A stretch of DNA of 63,402 nucleotides, counting the filler, from Octopus bimaculoides (Eukaryota), in assembly GCF_001194135.2 (NCBI RefSeq). It is 6 parts of 5 records of this genome, joined end to end, with 100 filler letters (N's around TTAATTAATTAA, not from the genome) between each part and the next. Parts side by side here need not be neighbours in the genome. Positions count along the whole stretch, not along the records: positions 1 to 21,356 come from NC_068982.1; positions 21,457 to 26,441 come from NC_069007.1; positions 26,542 to 40,013 come from NC_069004.1; 3 more parts are not named here. One strand, 5' to 3'. Position numbers and translations under genes: made by a program. Under the pieces are notes generated by a model. It made no database searches. It saw nothing but the letters and a program-made list of their open reading frames with translations, and was not told the origin of the DNA. Positions within the stretch are counted from its first letter, which is position 1; each line of letters starts with the position of its first letter. This document shows, piece after piece, positions 13,029-26,944 of the stretch.

Positions 13029-13575
13029 CTGTTATTAAATTATTGCAAGCACTCAAACAGCAACAATGAAAACAATAACGTATACATGTATCCATGACGT
13101 GTTTCCAGAGACTTGGACATGAATGTGGGCTCTATTTTTGGGTTCCAATTTCGGACAACAGTTTTTCTTCTTTACAATACACACATTGAGGGAGCGTTGT
13201 ATCGGCTTCATTACTGTTTCCTACGATATAATTGAGAAAATATATGTGAGTATATGTAAGTACGTGTGTATTCGCTGTGTGAGCGTGTGTGCATGCATGT
13301 TCTATGTGTGTGTGTGTGTGTGTGCGCGCGTGTAAAACTCGAATGCAAGCTTTTTCATTGGAGGCAGCAGTAGAAACAGAAGGTTGTGAATACTGTGAAT
13401 AAAATATCAAAATATATTTAAGGTGAAAGTTCAAATTTCGCTTGTACCGGTTTCATTTTAAATCTTGTGAAACGAAATCTGGATATTGAAGGGAGAAACC
13501 ATTAAAAGGAATATACAGAAAACAAAGGCAAAAGCAACATAGCGTAAAGGTAAAACTGAATTGAAAAAACATCTG

Positions 13576-13660
<85 letters not shown>

Positions 13661-14485
13661 TGNNNNNNNNNNNNNNNNNNNNNNNNNNNNNNNNNNNNNN
13701 NNNNNNNNNNNNNNNNNNNNNNNNNNNNNNNNNNNNNNNNNNNNNNNNNNNNNNNNNNNNNNNNNNNNNNNNNNNNNNNNNNNNNNNNNNNNNNNNNNNN
13801 NNNNNNNNNNNNNNNNNNNNNNNNNNNNNNNNNNNNNNNNNNNNNNNNNNNNNNNNNNNNNNNNNNNNNNNNNNNNNNNNNNNNNNNNNNNNNNNNNNNN
13901 NNNNNNNNNNNNNNNNNNNNNNNNNNNNNNNNNNNNNNNNNNNNNNNNNNNNNNNNNNNNNNNNNNNNNNNNNNNNNNNNNNNNNNNNNNNNNNNNNNNN
14001 NNNNNNNNNNNNNNNNNNNNNNNNNNNNNNNNNNNNNNNNNNNNNNNNNNNNNNNNNNNNNNNNNNNNNNNNNNNNNNNNNNNNNNNNNNNNNNNNNNNN
14101 NNNNNNNNNNNNNNNNNNNNNNNNNNNNNNNNNNNNNNNNNNNNNNNNNNNNNNNNNNNNNNNNNNNNNNNNNNNNNNNNNNNNNNNNNNNNNNNNNNNN
14201 NNNNNNNNNNNNNNNNNNNNNNNNNNNNNNNNNNNNNNNNNNNNNNNNNNNNNNNNNNNNNNNNNNNNNNNNNNNNNNNNNNNNNNNNNNNNNNNNNNNN
14301 NNNNNNNNNNNNNNNNNNNNNNNNNNNNNNNNNNNNNNNNNNNNNNNNNNNNNNNNNNNNNNNNNNNNNNNNNNNNNNNNNNNNNNNNNNNNNNNNNNNN
14401 NNNNNNNNNNNNNNNNNNNNNNNNNNNNNNNNNNNNNNNNNNNNNNNNNNNNNNNNNNNNNNNNNNNNNNNNNNNNNNNNNNNNN

Positions 14486-14522
<37 letters not shown>

Positions 14523-16636
14523 ATGTATATGCTAATAGTCACTACAGAAAACGCCATCAGTATTTAAGGCGTTATATAACTTACACGTGTGTCAGTAAGT
14601 GCATTGCCATTGTTGAATAAGCCGGTTGAATTTATCACGTAATACTGGGTTATGTAATGATAGCAATACCCTTGTTGAAACAAGTGTATATTATATAAAA
14701 TCTAACATTCCAACGACATGTTCTGTGGTGATTATTGCTATTATGTATCGCTGATATCACACCCTAGGTTCAGGATATTTGTCGTTTATGGTTTAACTAG
14801 AGATGGAGCGTGGGAATATCTACAGACCCCTGTCTTTTTCATAACGTGTCGCCGCGCCTTACAGCGCACTTTGTTACGTGTATATATGCACCAACATATA
14901 TATATATATATATATATACATACATACAAACATACATACATACGTACACACGCACGCTCGAAAACACACACATACATATGCATACATATACACGTACATT
15001 GATATCTACTTACATAAGTACATACCTACATACATACATACATACATACATATACGCATGCGTATGTCACTCGTTCTCCCTCGCGCGCATATAAACATAT
15101 AACGGAAGTCGACTCAATGATTTTGACTATTGCTTGTTAAAGAACTGCGAAGGGAAGGCGACATTTTAACCTCGCTGATGATTTGTCGTTTCTACTTTAG
15201 TTATAACCGGTCTTTTTGCAGTTCTGCAACGGAGACTCATGACAATTAGCGTTGTAGAAGGACATGTGTCACTCCAGAACATTAATAGAAAGAAAACATT
15301 TATTACAAGATTCATAGAATTTGCTGTTGCAAGTGGCAGTGATTTATTTTTAGCTTGCTTTGGTTCATATACCCTTCAGTGGTTAACAAGACTTAGAAAG
15401 AGAAACACAGGTTCCCTTTCTTTGCCTTTCGATTCAGTTTTGGGTAGTATTTAATGTCACTCTCTGCATAATACTTGGTCACATTGTTCTTTTTTTGTTG
15501 TTGTTTTTTTCTTTGTTATGCTCTACCAGTTTCGATGTCTGAGCGCGTGTTTGTACGATTGGGTTTAGAAAAGGTGAAAAAAAATACTTGAAATATTTGT
15601 TTGAATTTATTCAGTCGAAGCTAATAAACCATTTCATCGCTAATCTGCGATTTTTACGTGTAGTGATATAATAATAAATTGCTAAATCAGTAATCTAGAA
15701 CAGAAAAATAAAAGTGTTTCCGTCTGGGCTCAAACGTTGAGCCAATTATATTTCTGGTGGCTGTATTACCAATTAAACTTGAGAGTGCATACCATCTTAC
15801 TCAAAATTATTTTCTTGTCATAAATTCATGACAGTACATTCCAATACATATTTTATCAGACTCACGGGGGAAATATATAAAATATAATAAGACAACCTTG
15901 CGATTAGATCTTGACGATGCGAACTTAAATTTATTTTCTTCTTTTGTATTGAATTGCAACACTGTTTTCAGATTTGCAAAAACATGTAAAAGTGTTTCGT
16001 GGAAGGTGGTAATTTTACGCATTCCTTAAACTTAAAATTATATGTATTATAATTACTCAGCATGACAATCAAACAGTTCAGTTGTGGAGAAAATATTTAC
16101 TGGGAATATAATACTGTTAATCCATTGCGAGAAATTTGCTTTGACAAAAGCGGCGAGCGCTCCCTGGTGTACTTCAATTGATGATGCGGGTACCAGGAAA
16201 ATGACATATAGTGAATTCGAGTCTCGTCGAATGGTTAAATATTTTCTGTCCTAGATTAATGTTTTATTCCTACAGCATTTAAATTTTAACAAATAGATAT
16301 ACATACGCATGTATGTATGTATGTATGTATGTATGTATGTATGTATGTATGTATAAATATATATGCACGTATAGAACCCAGAACAGTGATGGGAAAGGGC
16401 ATACATTTAGAATGAATATCCTGAAAATATACCAAAATACGAGTAAACTATTTCTGCTCCTGCAGATTTCTTAAAGTATCGAGATTATTTCTGTATAAAC
16501 CCAATATCCTTATAATAAAGATTAAATACGAATAACTCGTATCATAATGTTATTAGGATTTCAGCAACAACTGCATACACTTAAGGATGATTCATGAATG
16601 GTAACTCAGCCAGTGAATATTTAGTATTTAAACTGA

Positions 16637-17029
16637 GTGGAGGCGCAATGGCCCAGAGGTTAGGGCAGTGGACTCGCGGTCGTAGGATCATGGTTTCGAT
16701 TCCCTTACCGGGCGTTATGAGTGTTTATTGAGCGAAAACACCTAAAGTTCCACGAAGCTCCGGCAGGGGATGGTGGCGAACCCAGCTGTACTGTTTCCCC
16801 ACAACTTTCTCCCACTCTTTCTTCATGTTTCTGTTGTGCCTGTATTTCAAAGGGCCAGCCTTGTCATACTCTGTGTTCACGCTGAATCTCCCCGAGAACT
16901 ACGTTAAGGGTACACATGTCTGTGGAGTCCTCAGCCACTTACACGTTAATTTCACGAGCAAGCTGCTCCGTTGATTGGATCAACTGGAACCCTCGTCGTC
17001 GTAACCGATGGAGTGCCAACAACATCAAC
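16637..17029 (+). mobile_element. full-length SINE, head E + tail X, with TSD; 5'-truncated copy at 5478-5782
   Basis: A box TGGCCCAGAGG, B box GGTTTCGATTCC; 12-bp TSD AGTATTTAAACT at 16623-16634 and 17030-17041. Confidence 0.9.
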
Positions 17030-17451
17030 AGTATTTAAACTAAACGACAAAAAAACAAAAAAAAATAGAAGACGAAAGTGCTCGTTCAATGTCTTTTCTC
17101 AGTAGCTACCGGTGTTTTTAATGAGAAATTTTAGAATACAGTTAATACTGCTTAGCAAAAAAAAAATAAGATATTAATACTACGAGAAATGTTGGGCATT
17201 TTAAGGTTGTTTGCGTTTCAAATTCGACTTCAGTATCATTAAATTAGTAAGAATCAGAAATTTTGCTTCCAAAACCGAAATCAGTAATCATAGTTTGTTG
17301 CGTAGGGCAATTCAAAGTGGCAGTATGTTAATGGTCTGCTGAGGGAAAAGTTACAGTATGGTACATTTCTGTGTGGGAACAAACATTGATAAACTGTTGG
17401 ATATGTGATAAGACGTTTCAGGAGTAGCAGGGAAAGTAGAAACGTGTGTAG

Positions 17452-17860
17452 GAGTGGCTGTGTGGTAAGTAGCTTGCTTACCAACCACACGGTTCCGGGT
17501 TCAGTCCCACGGCGTGGCACCTTTAGGCAAATGTCTTCTACTATAGCTTCGGGCCGACCAAAGCCTTGTAAGTGGATTTGGTAGACGGAAACTGAAAGAA
17601 TCCTGTCGTATATATGTATATATATATGTGTGCGTGCCTGTGTGCATGTGTGTGTGTTTGTGTGTCTATGTGTGTCCCCCCAACATCGTTTGACAACCGA
17701 TGCTGGTGTGTTTACGTCACCGTAACTTAGCGGTTCGGCAAAAGACACCGATAGAATAAGTACTAGGCTTACAAAGAATAAGTCATGAGGTTGATTTGCT
17801 CGACTAAAGGCGGTGCTCCAACATGGTCACAGTAAAATGACTGAAACAAGTAAAAGGGTA
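17452..17860 (+). mobile_element. full-length SINE family B (tRNA head, CORE-like segment, internal (TA)/(TG) microsatellite)
   Basis: ggagtggctgtgtggtaag...ggttcagtccca...gcacctttaggcaaatgtcttc...ggtgctccaacatggtcacag...tgactgaaacaagtaaaag. Confidence 0.88.
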
Positions 17861-20800
17861 AATGATAAATCGTACGATTGAACAATGGAATTCAATATAA
17901 TATAGCCGTGCAAGGGAGGAGAGGTGGCAAAATTGTTAACAAAACGGATAAAATGCTTAGCAGTAGTTCGTCCGTCTTTATGTTCCGAGTTCAAACGCCA
18001 CCGGAGTCGACTTTGCCTTTCAACCTTTTGAGATCGACAAAATAGGCACCAGTTGAACACTGGGATCGATGTAATCGACTTTCCGCCGCTACCTTAACCG
18101 AAGTTGCTGGCTCTTTGCCAAAATTTGAAACGAAAATGTTTTTTACCTTGTAATCATAAAAAAAGACAGAAAAATACACGAAGTAAAAAAAAAAACAGAT
18201 GAATAGTCGTAATAATATAAGTAGTCAAATTTTATACCTAGTAGAATAGATGAGAAGCTGTTTTCAAGCAAGTTTAATCCTCAGTCGTACTTTTATCACT
18301 TCACTGGGAATATCGGTACACATACACACGCACACACACAAACACATATTTGTTTGTGTGTGTGTATAAAACACAATAGAAATAGATAATTATCAGCAGG
18401 TTACAAACTAGAGAGCAGACAAATTACTCCCAAATTACTAGCATAATATATCAATTTGACTGCAAATTTATTGATTGTTGAGTGCCTCCTTGCTCGTGTC
18501 ATGTAGTTTCAGTAGTTGAAATATAACGTTAAATATTGATTTTTAAGTTTGTAACAAAGCCGATATGTAAGTTAAGAGATTATTCGATTCAAATTGACTC
18601 CAGTGCATTGCTGGTAATTATTTTATCAATATTTGGGAAATTGAAAGTGAAGATTTTGAACTCAAAACAGCGAGAATGATACCAAAGTGTATCAGATATC
18701 AAATGTAATGCTATACGCTTTCTATTGTTCCAACTTAATGAGGATAAATTTTCATAAATGTCAAATGTTACTGTTTGCAACACAAACACATAGTAAATCG
18801 CCATGTTAAAAAAATATCTGAATAGCGTCGAAGTTCAAAATTGTGAAAATTTTCCTCTGTGATCTTCGCTACAAGGTTGATATGCGAGACTATAACCCTC
18901 TTTTAAAAACATATACCTGATGCCTTGTTGGCACAAATCAGTTCAGAATCAAGGCAATTGACAACACTGTTGGGCTGTTACCCAAGGCGCAAGACAGTTG
19001 AGAGTTGCTTTTTACTTCCTCTCCGGGTCATGAAGCAAGCAAGAAATCTATCGAGAAGTGAACTCATTGAGACTGAGGTATGTATATGTGGTAAATGAAG
19101 TATTTTGTTTAATGCATGAGGACTCTAAAGAGAGAGAGAGAAAGAGAAAGAGAGACAGGGAGAGAAACAGACATACAGAGAGGCAGAGAGAAGAAGGAGA
19201 GGGAGAGAGAGAAAGAGGAAAGTATCATTTCTGTGTTTGGGTTTATGTCGTGTAGGTACGAATGAAGGAACTGGGATTAACTGTTTCTAAGTTTATTTTT
19301 GCGTTGATATTTTGATATTTAGTATTTTGTTAGGTTGTAAATCTATTTTGCAGGAGTCACTCCTATTGTGTTAAATAAGAATATGACATATTATACAATG
19401 TATTTCTACATAACTATAAAAAAACAGGATGGTTATGTGAAATGGTTGTGATCATAAGTTTGGTCGGCCAATAACTACAGCAGAAACCAACCAAACGATC
19501 TAACTGCTCTCCTATATACGCACAAAGATAGACAAGCCTCAACGACCAATATATAAAACATAGAAATATGTTGCACAGATCTTCATTTGTCATACGGACT
19601 CACAATAAACGCAGAGCAGCACATATGGACTCTATGGTAATACAAAAGTTTGTTTATTATTCAAGTAAATCTTTCAAAATAAAAGAGGAAAAAAATATTG
19701 ACAAAGAACAGAAAATATATTGTTATTAGTGACAAGCGCTCTCGGTCTGTTATGGTCAATATCGTTCTGCATTTATTTGCGCTCAAATTGTATAGAAAAA
19801 TGAGATTTGTCCAATAAGTAGTATCAACAGCAGCGGATGTGGCATGATAAGTATGTCTGTGTGTCGAACGGTGTCGTGGGAATAACCAACGGTAAGTCTT
19901 GTAGGTAAGTTTAGTCACTAGGCAAGGTATTTCGAATGTCAAGATTGTGTTTCTCATATTATAAATGGTTTACAAAGCAGTGATGTGCTGTAATTTCTTA
20001 AGGTATTTATGTGTATTTGTGTGAGAAAGCAGTTACGTTGAGATATGTGAGTCAGAAAATGACGTAAGGTCGATAACTAAAAGAGGCTATTCTCTTTAAA
20101 AAAACCTCAAACCAGAGATTAACAAGAATGGAAGTTAATGGCATAAACCAGCTTTTCTAGCCGCAAGCAAACACTTCAAACTAAAACACACACATAAATA
20201 CCTAGAAACAGATATTTCAACACAGATATTTCAACACACCAAACATTGAAACGGACACACTAAAATGTAAGGTGAAATGCAACTAATTGTCCCCACTCGC
20301 TACACCCAATTCAAACAATAAAAAAAAATTGATTAACCTCCATTCTTTTTAAGAAGCAATATAGGAAGATGGACAAAGTAAATCATTAAGCCTAGAAGCA
20401 CACATGAATATCTACAACAGATTTTAAACTGATCCATGAGCATAACGACAAATATATCTACCATTCATCCATTAAACTTCTACAGACATGCATTTATTTA
20501 TGTACTTATGTGCATATGTAAAATAAACAGAATGTTAACAAATAAACCATGAGAGTTATGTGCACTCTGACAATAGCTAAAGCTAGTTCTGTTTTTAAAT
20601 CTCTTTTGTTAAGCTATATTTTACTTAAAATTCTATAAGATTTCGTGCTGAACATCCGTGCACTAATTCAATATTTGAATGTTTTAAAAAAGCAAGAGAG
20701 AAATAAGGAAATACCATTTCTAATATTCGAAAATAAGTTCGTGTTTGTACTGTGTGTAATACAGAAGTAATTTGATTCATTTTCGTTTTCCAATAGAAAT

Positions 20801-21356
20801 TACGACTGGGGTGAACCGAGTGTTAACATTATGAAAATATATGTTTTGATATATAAGTATGTAAGATATAAAATAATATATTGATATAAAACAATATAAA
20901 AACTTGTTTAAAAACAAATAAGTATGTCAGGGAAACTAGCACGCACGGCGATACATACATGCATACATACATACATACGTACGTACATACATACATACAT
21001 ACATACATACATACATACTGTATGTGTGTGTGCGTGTGTGAGTGCGTGTCTGACGAACCGTATATAAAAAGCGTAAGTAGCGATATTGTAAATAATCAAC
21101 TTTTGTATAATGCACGCACATAGACGCACGCACGCACGTGCACACAAGCACACACTCACACACAAACACACATGCACACATATTTACGCATAAAATTCAT
21201 TCCTTCGATTTTTCACTCAAGCTAAGTCACAAAAACATAACTGGATATGTATGTATGTATGTATATATATATATATATATGCCTAAATCTTATATCTCTC
21301 TTAATCTTTCACTCTTCCTCTGTCCCTCTTTCCATATATATATACATACATACATA

Positions 21357-21456
21357 NNNNNNNNNNNNNNNNNNNNNNNNNNNNNNNNNNNNNNNNNNNN
21401 TTAATTAATTAANNNNNNNNNNNNNNNNNNNNNNNNNNNNNNNNNNNNNNNNNNNN
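21357..21456. other. artificial scaffold-join spacer (also 26442-26541, 40014-40113, 50582-50681, 58146-58245)
   Basis: Each is exactly 44 N + TTAATTAATTAA + 44 N; the palindrome puts stop codons in all six frames. Confidence 0.92.
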
Positions 21457-21830
21457 ACACATCCAGCGGAGCATACTGGCTTCATTCCTTGCGAGCTTAC
21501 GCATGTCCTCAGCAGTCACAGCCCATGTTTCACTGCCATGTAGCATGGCTGTTCGTACACATGCGTCATACAGTCTGCCTTTTACCCTGAGTGAGAGTCC
21601 CTTTGTCGCCAGCAGAGGTAAGAGCTCTCTAAACTTGGCCGAGGCTATTCTTATTCTAGCGGTTACACTTTCAGCGCACCCAACCCCACTACTAACTTGT
21701 TCACCCAGATAGCGGAAGCTATCAACTACCTCTAGTTTTTCTCCCTGGAATGAGATAGAAGTTGTTTCCTGTTTGTTTACAGTGTTTATTGCACCTGAAC
21801 ATCTGCCACATACAAAAACTAACTTTGTAG
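21457..21830 (-). pseudogene. RTE-clade LINE reverse transcriptase fragment
   Basis: GEKLEVVDSFRYLG...KFRELLPLL...VKGRLYDACVRTAMLHGSETW...EASMLRWMC. Confidence 0.9.
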
Positions 21831-23780
21831 TTAATATACATACATATGTGTATATATATTCATACATACATATATGTATATATATGTGTGTGTATGTAGT
21901 ATATATATATATCCTTTCACTTGTTTCGGTAATTGGACTGCGGCCATGTTGGGGCACTGCCTTGAAGGGCTTTGTCGAACAAATCGACCTCAACATTCTT
22001 TTTAAAATCCTTGTACTTATTCCACTGGTCTGTTTCACACACACACACACTCATGTGGGTTTGCGTGTGTTTGTGTGTGTGTGTGTCTGTCTGTTTGCCT
22101 GTCTATCTGTCCCCCACTACCGCTTGACAACCGGTGTTTACGTTCCTGTAAGTTAGCGGTTTGACAAAAAGGATCGATAGAGTAAGCACCAGACTTCATA
22201 AGAAAATAATTACTGGGGTCGCTTGGTTTGACTAAAAGTTCCTCAAGGCAGTGCACCAGCATGGCCGCAGCCCAATGCCTGAAAGGAGCAAAAAGCTAAT
22301 GGATAGAAGCCAGCTGGACCCACGCATGGCTGTTGTGGTTAAGATGCTAGCTTTGTGGGCAAATAGTTGCAGGTTCAATCCTGTTGCTCTCCGCCCTTCA
22401 ACAGAAAATTCTTCGAGGCGGTGCCCCAGCATGGCCGCAGTCGAATGAGATACAGACGCACACATAGCAGGAGGAGAGGTTTGAATGCTTGCGAAGATAG
22501 ATCAGCTTGGAAGTAGAAGGGGAGTGAAGGGGTGTGAAGGGGAGAGGTGTGAAATTTTAAGGGGTTTGTTTAATTTGGGAAGGTTGTTAAAATAGCCACA
22601 GGGTGAGAGAGAGAGAGAGAGAGAGAAAAGATGAGAGAGAGAGAGAAAGGATGAGAGAGAGAGGGTGAGAGAGAGAGGGTGAGAGAGAGAGGGTGAGAGA
22701 GAGGGTGAGAGAGAGGGTGAGAGAGAGGGAGAAAGAGTAGGTGAGACAGAAAGAGAGAGTGAGAGAGAGANNNNNNNNNNNNNNNNNNNNNNNNNNNNNN
22801 NNNNNNNNNNNNNNNNNNNNNNNNNNNNNNNNNNNNNNNNNNNNNNNNNNNNNNNNNNNNNNNNNNNNNNNNNNNNNNNNNNNNNNNNNNNNNNNNNNNN
22901 NNNNNNNNNNNNNNNNNNNNNNNNNNNNNNNNNNNNNNNNNNNNNNNNNNNNNNNNNNNNNNNNNNNNNNNNNNNNNNNNNNNNNNNNNNNNNNNNNNNN
23001 NNNNNNNNNNNNNNNNNNNNNNNNNNNNNNNNNNNNNNNNNNNNNNNNNNNNNNNNNNNNNNNNNNNNNNNNNNNNNNNNNNNNNNNNNNNNNNNNNNNN
23101 NNNNNNNNNNNNNNNNNNNNNNNNNNNNNNNNNNNNNNNNNNNNNNNNNNNNNNNNNNNNNNNNNNNNNNNNNNNNNNNNNNNNNNNNNNNNNNNNNNNN
23201 NNNNNNNNNNNNNNNNNNNNNNNNNNNNNNNNNNNNNNNNNNNNNNNNNNNNNNNNNNNNNNNNNNNNNNNNNNNNNNNNNNNNNNNNNNNNNNNNNNNN
23301 NNNNNNNNNNNNNNNNNNNNNNNNNNNNNNNNNNNNNNNNNNNNNNNNNNNNNNNNNNNNNNNNNNNNNNNNNNNNNNNNNNNNNNNNNNNNNNNNNNNN
23401 NNNNNNNNNNNNNNNNNNNNNNNNNNNNNNNNNNNNNNNNNNNNNNNNNNNNNNNNNNNNNNNNNNNNNNNNNNNNNNNNNNNNNNNNNNNNNNNNNNNN
23501 NNNNNNNNNNNNNNNNNNNNNNNNNNNNNNNNNNNNNNNNNNNNNNNNNNNNNNNNNNNNNNNNNNNNNNNNNNNNNNNNNNNNNNNNNNNNNNNNNNNN
23601 NNNNNNNNNNNNNNNNNNNNNNNNNNNNNNNNNNNNNNNNNNNNNNNNNNNNNNNNNNNNNNNNNNNNNNNNNNNNNNNNNNNNNNNNNNNNNNNNNNNN
23701 NNNNNNNNNNNNNNNNNNNNNNNNNNNNNNNNNNNNNNNNNNNNNNNNNNTGTCACGCTACCACCAACAATACAACCATT

Positions 23781-23814
<34 letters not shown>

Positions 23815-24337
23815 ACAACAACCCACTGAGCAATAACCAGCAAGTATATCAGCAACAACAACAACAACAACAACAACAGCTTTATCAACAACAAAAGCTA
23901 CAGCAACAACAACAACAACAACGACAACGAAAACCCGAAATTGTGGCAACGTTCCTGTCTCCACCTGGTGCCAAATGATGGAAGATTAAACTCTAACGAA
24001 AGGAATATAGAAACGGTTGATATGGGATAAAAGAATATTGAATAATGAAATGGTTTGGAAGGTTTTTGAAATAACGAAATATTGGAATATCAGAGAATTT
24101 GGTAGATTACGTTATTGTGAGAATAATTTATATCAAGTTGTGTGTGTCTGTATGTCCATCAACACACACACACACACGCACACAAACACACACATATACA
24201 TATATACATACTACATACACATATACATACACACATACAATATCCATACATATATACATGTGTGTATCTGCATTGAGACGATATACACAGATACCTGTAT
24301 GTGTGTATAGGTAAGTATATATACACACACACACACG

Positions 24338-24414
<77 letters not shown>

Positions 24415-24780
24415 TACAGAATGGGACAATAACGCAAAACATCAAGACAGTTAGGTGATACAAGAAACGGACAAAACATATATATATATATNNNNNNNNN
24501 NNNNNNNNNNNNNNNNNNNNNNNNNNNNTACCGGAGTAAGCACATAAAATGTGCAACAAGGTGGAAAAAAAGAGTACTCAAATACCAGAGGTAGAGTAAT
24601 ATGCTTTATTTAAAAGCAGCAGAAATATAACAATATTTCTGCTGCTTTTAGATAAAGTATATATATATATAAATATGTCCTTCTGTTTAAATGTAATTTC
24701 ATTAAATTTTTATATCTTTGTGCAGCTGAAGATTGCTCTGCATTTTATATTTGATGTAATGTTTCTCTCTCCCTCTGAGA

Positions 24781-25565
24781 GATACATTGACTCCCTAACT
24801 TTTTATCATCGTGGTGGATGATTGCATGCGCCTTGCGTTGGAAAAACACCAGGATTCTGGCTTAACTGTAACGCCGGCTCAGAGCAGGAGGGTTAAGGCT
24901 AAAAAGATATCAGATGCTGAATTTTCTGATGACATAGTTCTGGTGACAAACACAGTGAGGGAGACGGAGGAGTTGATGCAGGAGGTGGAGACTATGTCAA
25001 TGAATGTGAGGCTGAAAATGAGTGAAATTAAGACGAAGTATCTGGTGGAGAACATTAAGAAGCCAGAGAAGATTATAAATGTAGATGGGAAGCCACTAGA
25101 GTTGGTTGAGGACTTCCTGTATCTGGGAGCAAAGATTGGGAACACAGAGGGTGATATAGTTGAAAGAAAGAGCAAAGCCTGAGCAGCATGCCATAGTTTG
25201 AGATCTGTATGGAAGTCGGACCTTTGTAAGGACCTGAAAATCCGTCTCTTCGTTGCTGCAGTGGAGTCTCTGCTGTTGTATGGGTCTGAGACTTGGACAC
25301 TGACCAAGAAACTTACTCAGGTGGCAGATAGGTACTACAGGAGAATACTGAGGATGAAAAACTCAGAGCTGTATGAAAGTATCCCGAAAGTTAGCTCGAA
25401 AATAACACAGCAGGGACTGAGATTAACTGGACATGCTCACCGTCATTCAGAGCTGATACTGCACTCAGTGCTCCTGTGGGAGCCCCTATACGGACAAACT
25501 TGAAGAGGGAAACCGAAGATGACATATGTTGATGTCCTAAGGACAGACACTGGTCTCAGGAATTT
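24781..25565 (+). pseudogene. RTE-like LINE fragment 1 (RT to 3' part)
   Basis: FIIVVDDCMR...EFSDDIVL...VEDFLYLG...LFVAAVESLLLYGSETWTLT...RGKPKMTYVDVL, with stops. Confidence 0.9.
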
Positions 25566-25567
25566 CT

Positions 25568-26441
25568 AGACCGGTTTTCTGCATGTAAAACCTTTGGTTT
25601 GACCATCAGCATAAAGATAACGAAAGCAATCCACCAACCTTGCCCTACACTTAAACAAATTCGAGATGTCAAGCAGAGGCCACCGGTTCATAATTTTCTT
25701 GTTACTCCTATACAGGTTGATGGGAAAAGCCTAAATTATGTGACGTCATTTCCATATGTTGGTAGCAAAGTGAATTTGAGCGCTTCCCTTGATGATGAAA
25801 TCGTCAACTGTCTTGCAAAGGCAACCAACGCATTTCACAAACTCCGTCATCGCCTATGAAATGAAAAGGGCATCAAACTTGACACCAAAGTACAGGTCTA
25901 TAAAGCTGCCATTCTTACTACACTCTTGTATGGTTTAGAATCGTGGATACCCTTAAGACGACACAGTAACCAACTAGACATCTTCCGCAAAGACTGTCTG
26001 AGGAGAATCTGCGGTTATTCACCAAAAGACAAAGTTTCTGATGCCAACTTGTTTAGCAAGTGTAAGATTGTATAAGAGCTTCCTTATACAACCATAATTG
26101 CGCTGGGCTTACCATGTCGTCAGAATGAGTGACGAAAGAATACCCAAATCCAACCAGCTTGAAGAGTGGGCGCAGGAATGTTGGTCGACCATGGCTCAGA
26201 TATAAGGACAAGCTGAAGAGTAATCTCTTAGAGATGAAGATAACTCCCAACACCTTTGAACGAACAGCCATGGTTCGAGCAAAATGGAGATCGTTGTGTA
26301 AAAAGTCGTATTAAAAACTTTGTTACAACCAGCGTTAACAGGCTTCAGGATGCAAGGCAAAGGAGAAAAGCGGCTGTAAATATACCACCTACACCGACAT
26401 GTAACCCTCAGACAAATCGTTGGCGAAACTTATATGTCACA
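25568..26441 (+). pseudogene. RTE/BovB-like LINE fragment 2 (post-YADD to C-terminus)
   Basis: FGLTISIKITK...FPYVGS...KVQVYKAAILTTLLYGLESW...LRWAYHVVRMSDERIPK...GRRNVGRPWLRYKDKLKSNL. Confidence 0.88.
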
Positions 26442-26733
26442 NNNNNNNNNNNNNNNNNNNNNNNNNNNNNNNNNNNNNNNNNNNNTTAATTAATTAANNN
26501 NNNNNNNNNNNNNNNNNNNNNNNNNNNNNNNNNNNNNNNNNTTATGGTAAGAAAATATTTTAACAATCTTCAAACCAATCACATGAGATGAACACCGATT
26601 TCTCTATGCGATTGGCTTGAAGAATTGTTAAGATATTTTTCTTAACATGAAACCAATGGTAGCCTAAATACACAAATACAGAATTTTTATCCACCAATAC
26701 GGTGTTGAGCATTCATTCTCATTGTTTGATATT

Positions 26734-26785
<52 letters not shown>

Positions 26786-26944
26786 TACATTTTTGGTACA
26801 CTTGTTCATATATATATATATACATTTCTTTTTCTACATACACAGAAACATGTAGTTATCATTACAGGTATGTATATATTGTTTATACACATGTATATGC
26901 TGCAAAGATTTTTCGCGCAAAATGGGGATAGGGCAGTTTGACTG

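Noticed and set aside
13502-14620. Long ORFs in the supplied track here and at 22587, 28374, 32146, 42233, 46466, 51357, 62013
   Set aside because: They consist of N runs plus microsatellite translations (poly-HT, CV, YI, MYVC) and are not genes.
15807-16027. Minus ORF beginning GMRKITTFH, resembling the AALRK start of the insc last exon
   Set aside because: Wrong splice phase and no downstream similarity; the true last exon is at 36549-36680.
16637-16710. tRNA-like A/B box segments (also at 7834, 17452, 31591)
   Set aside because: They are SINE heads followed by repeat bodies, not tRNA genes.
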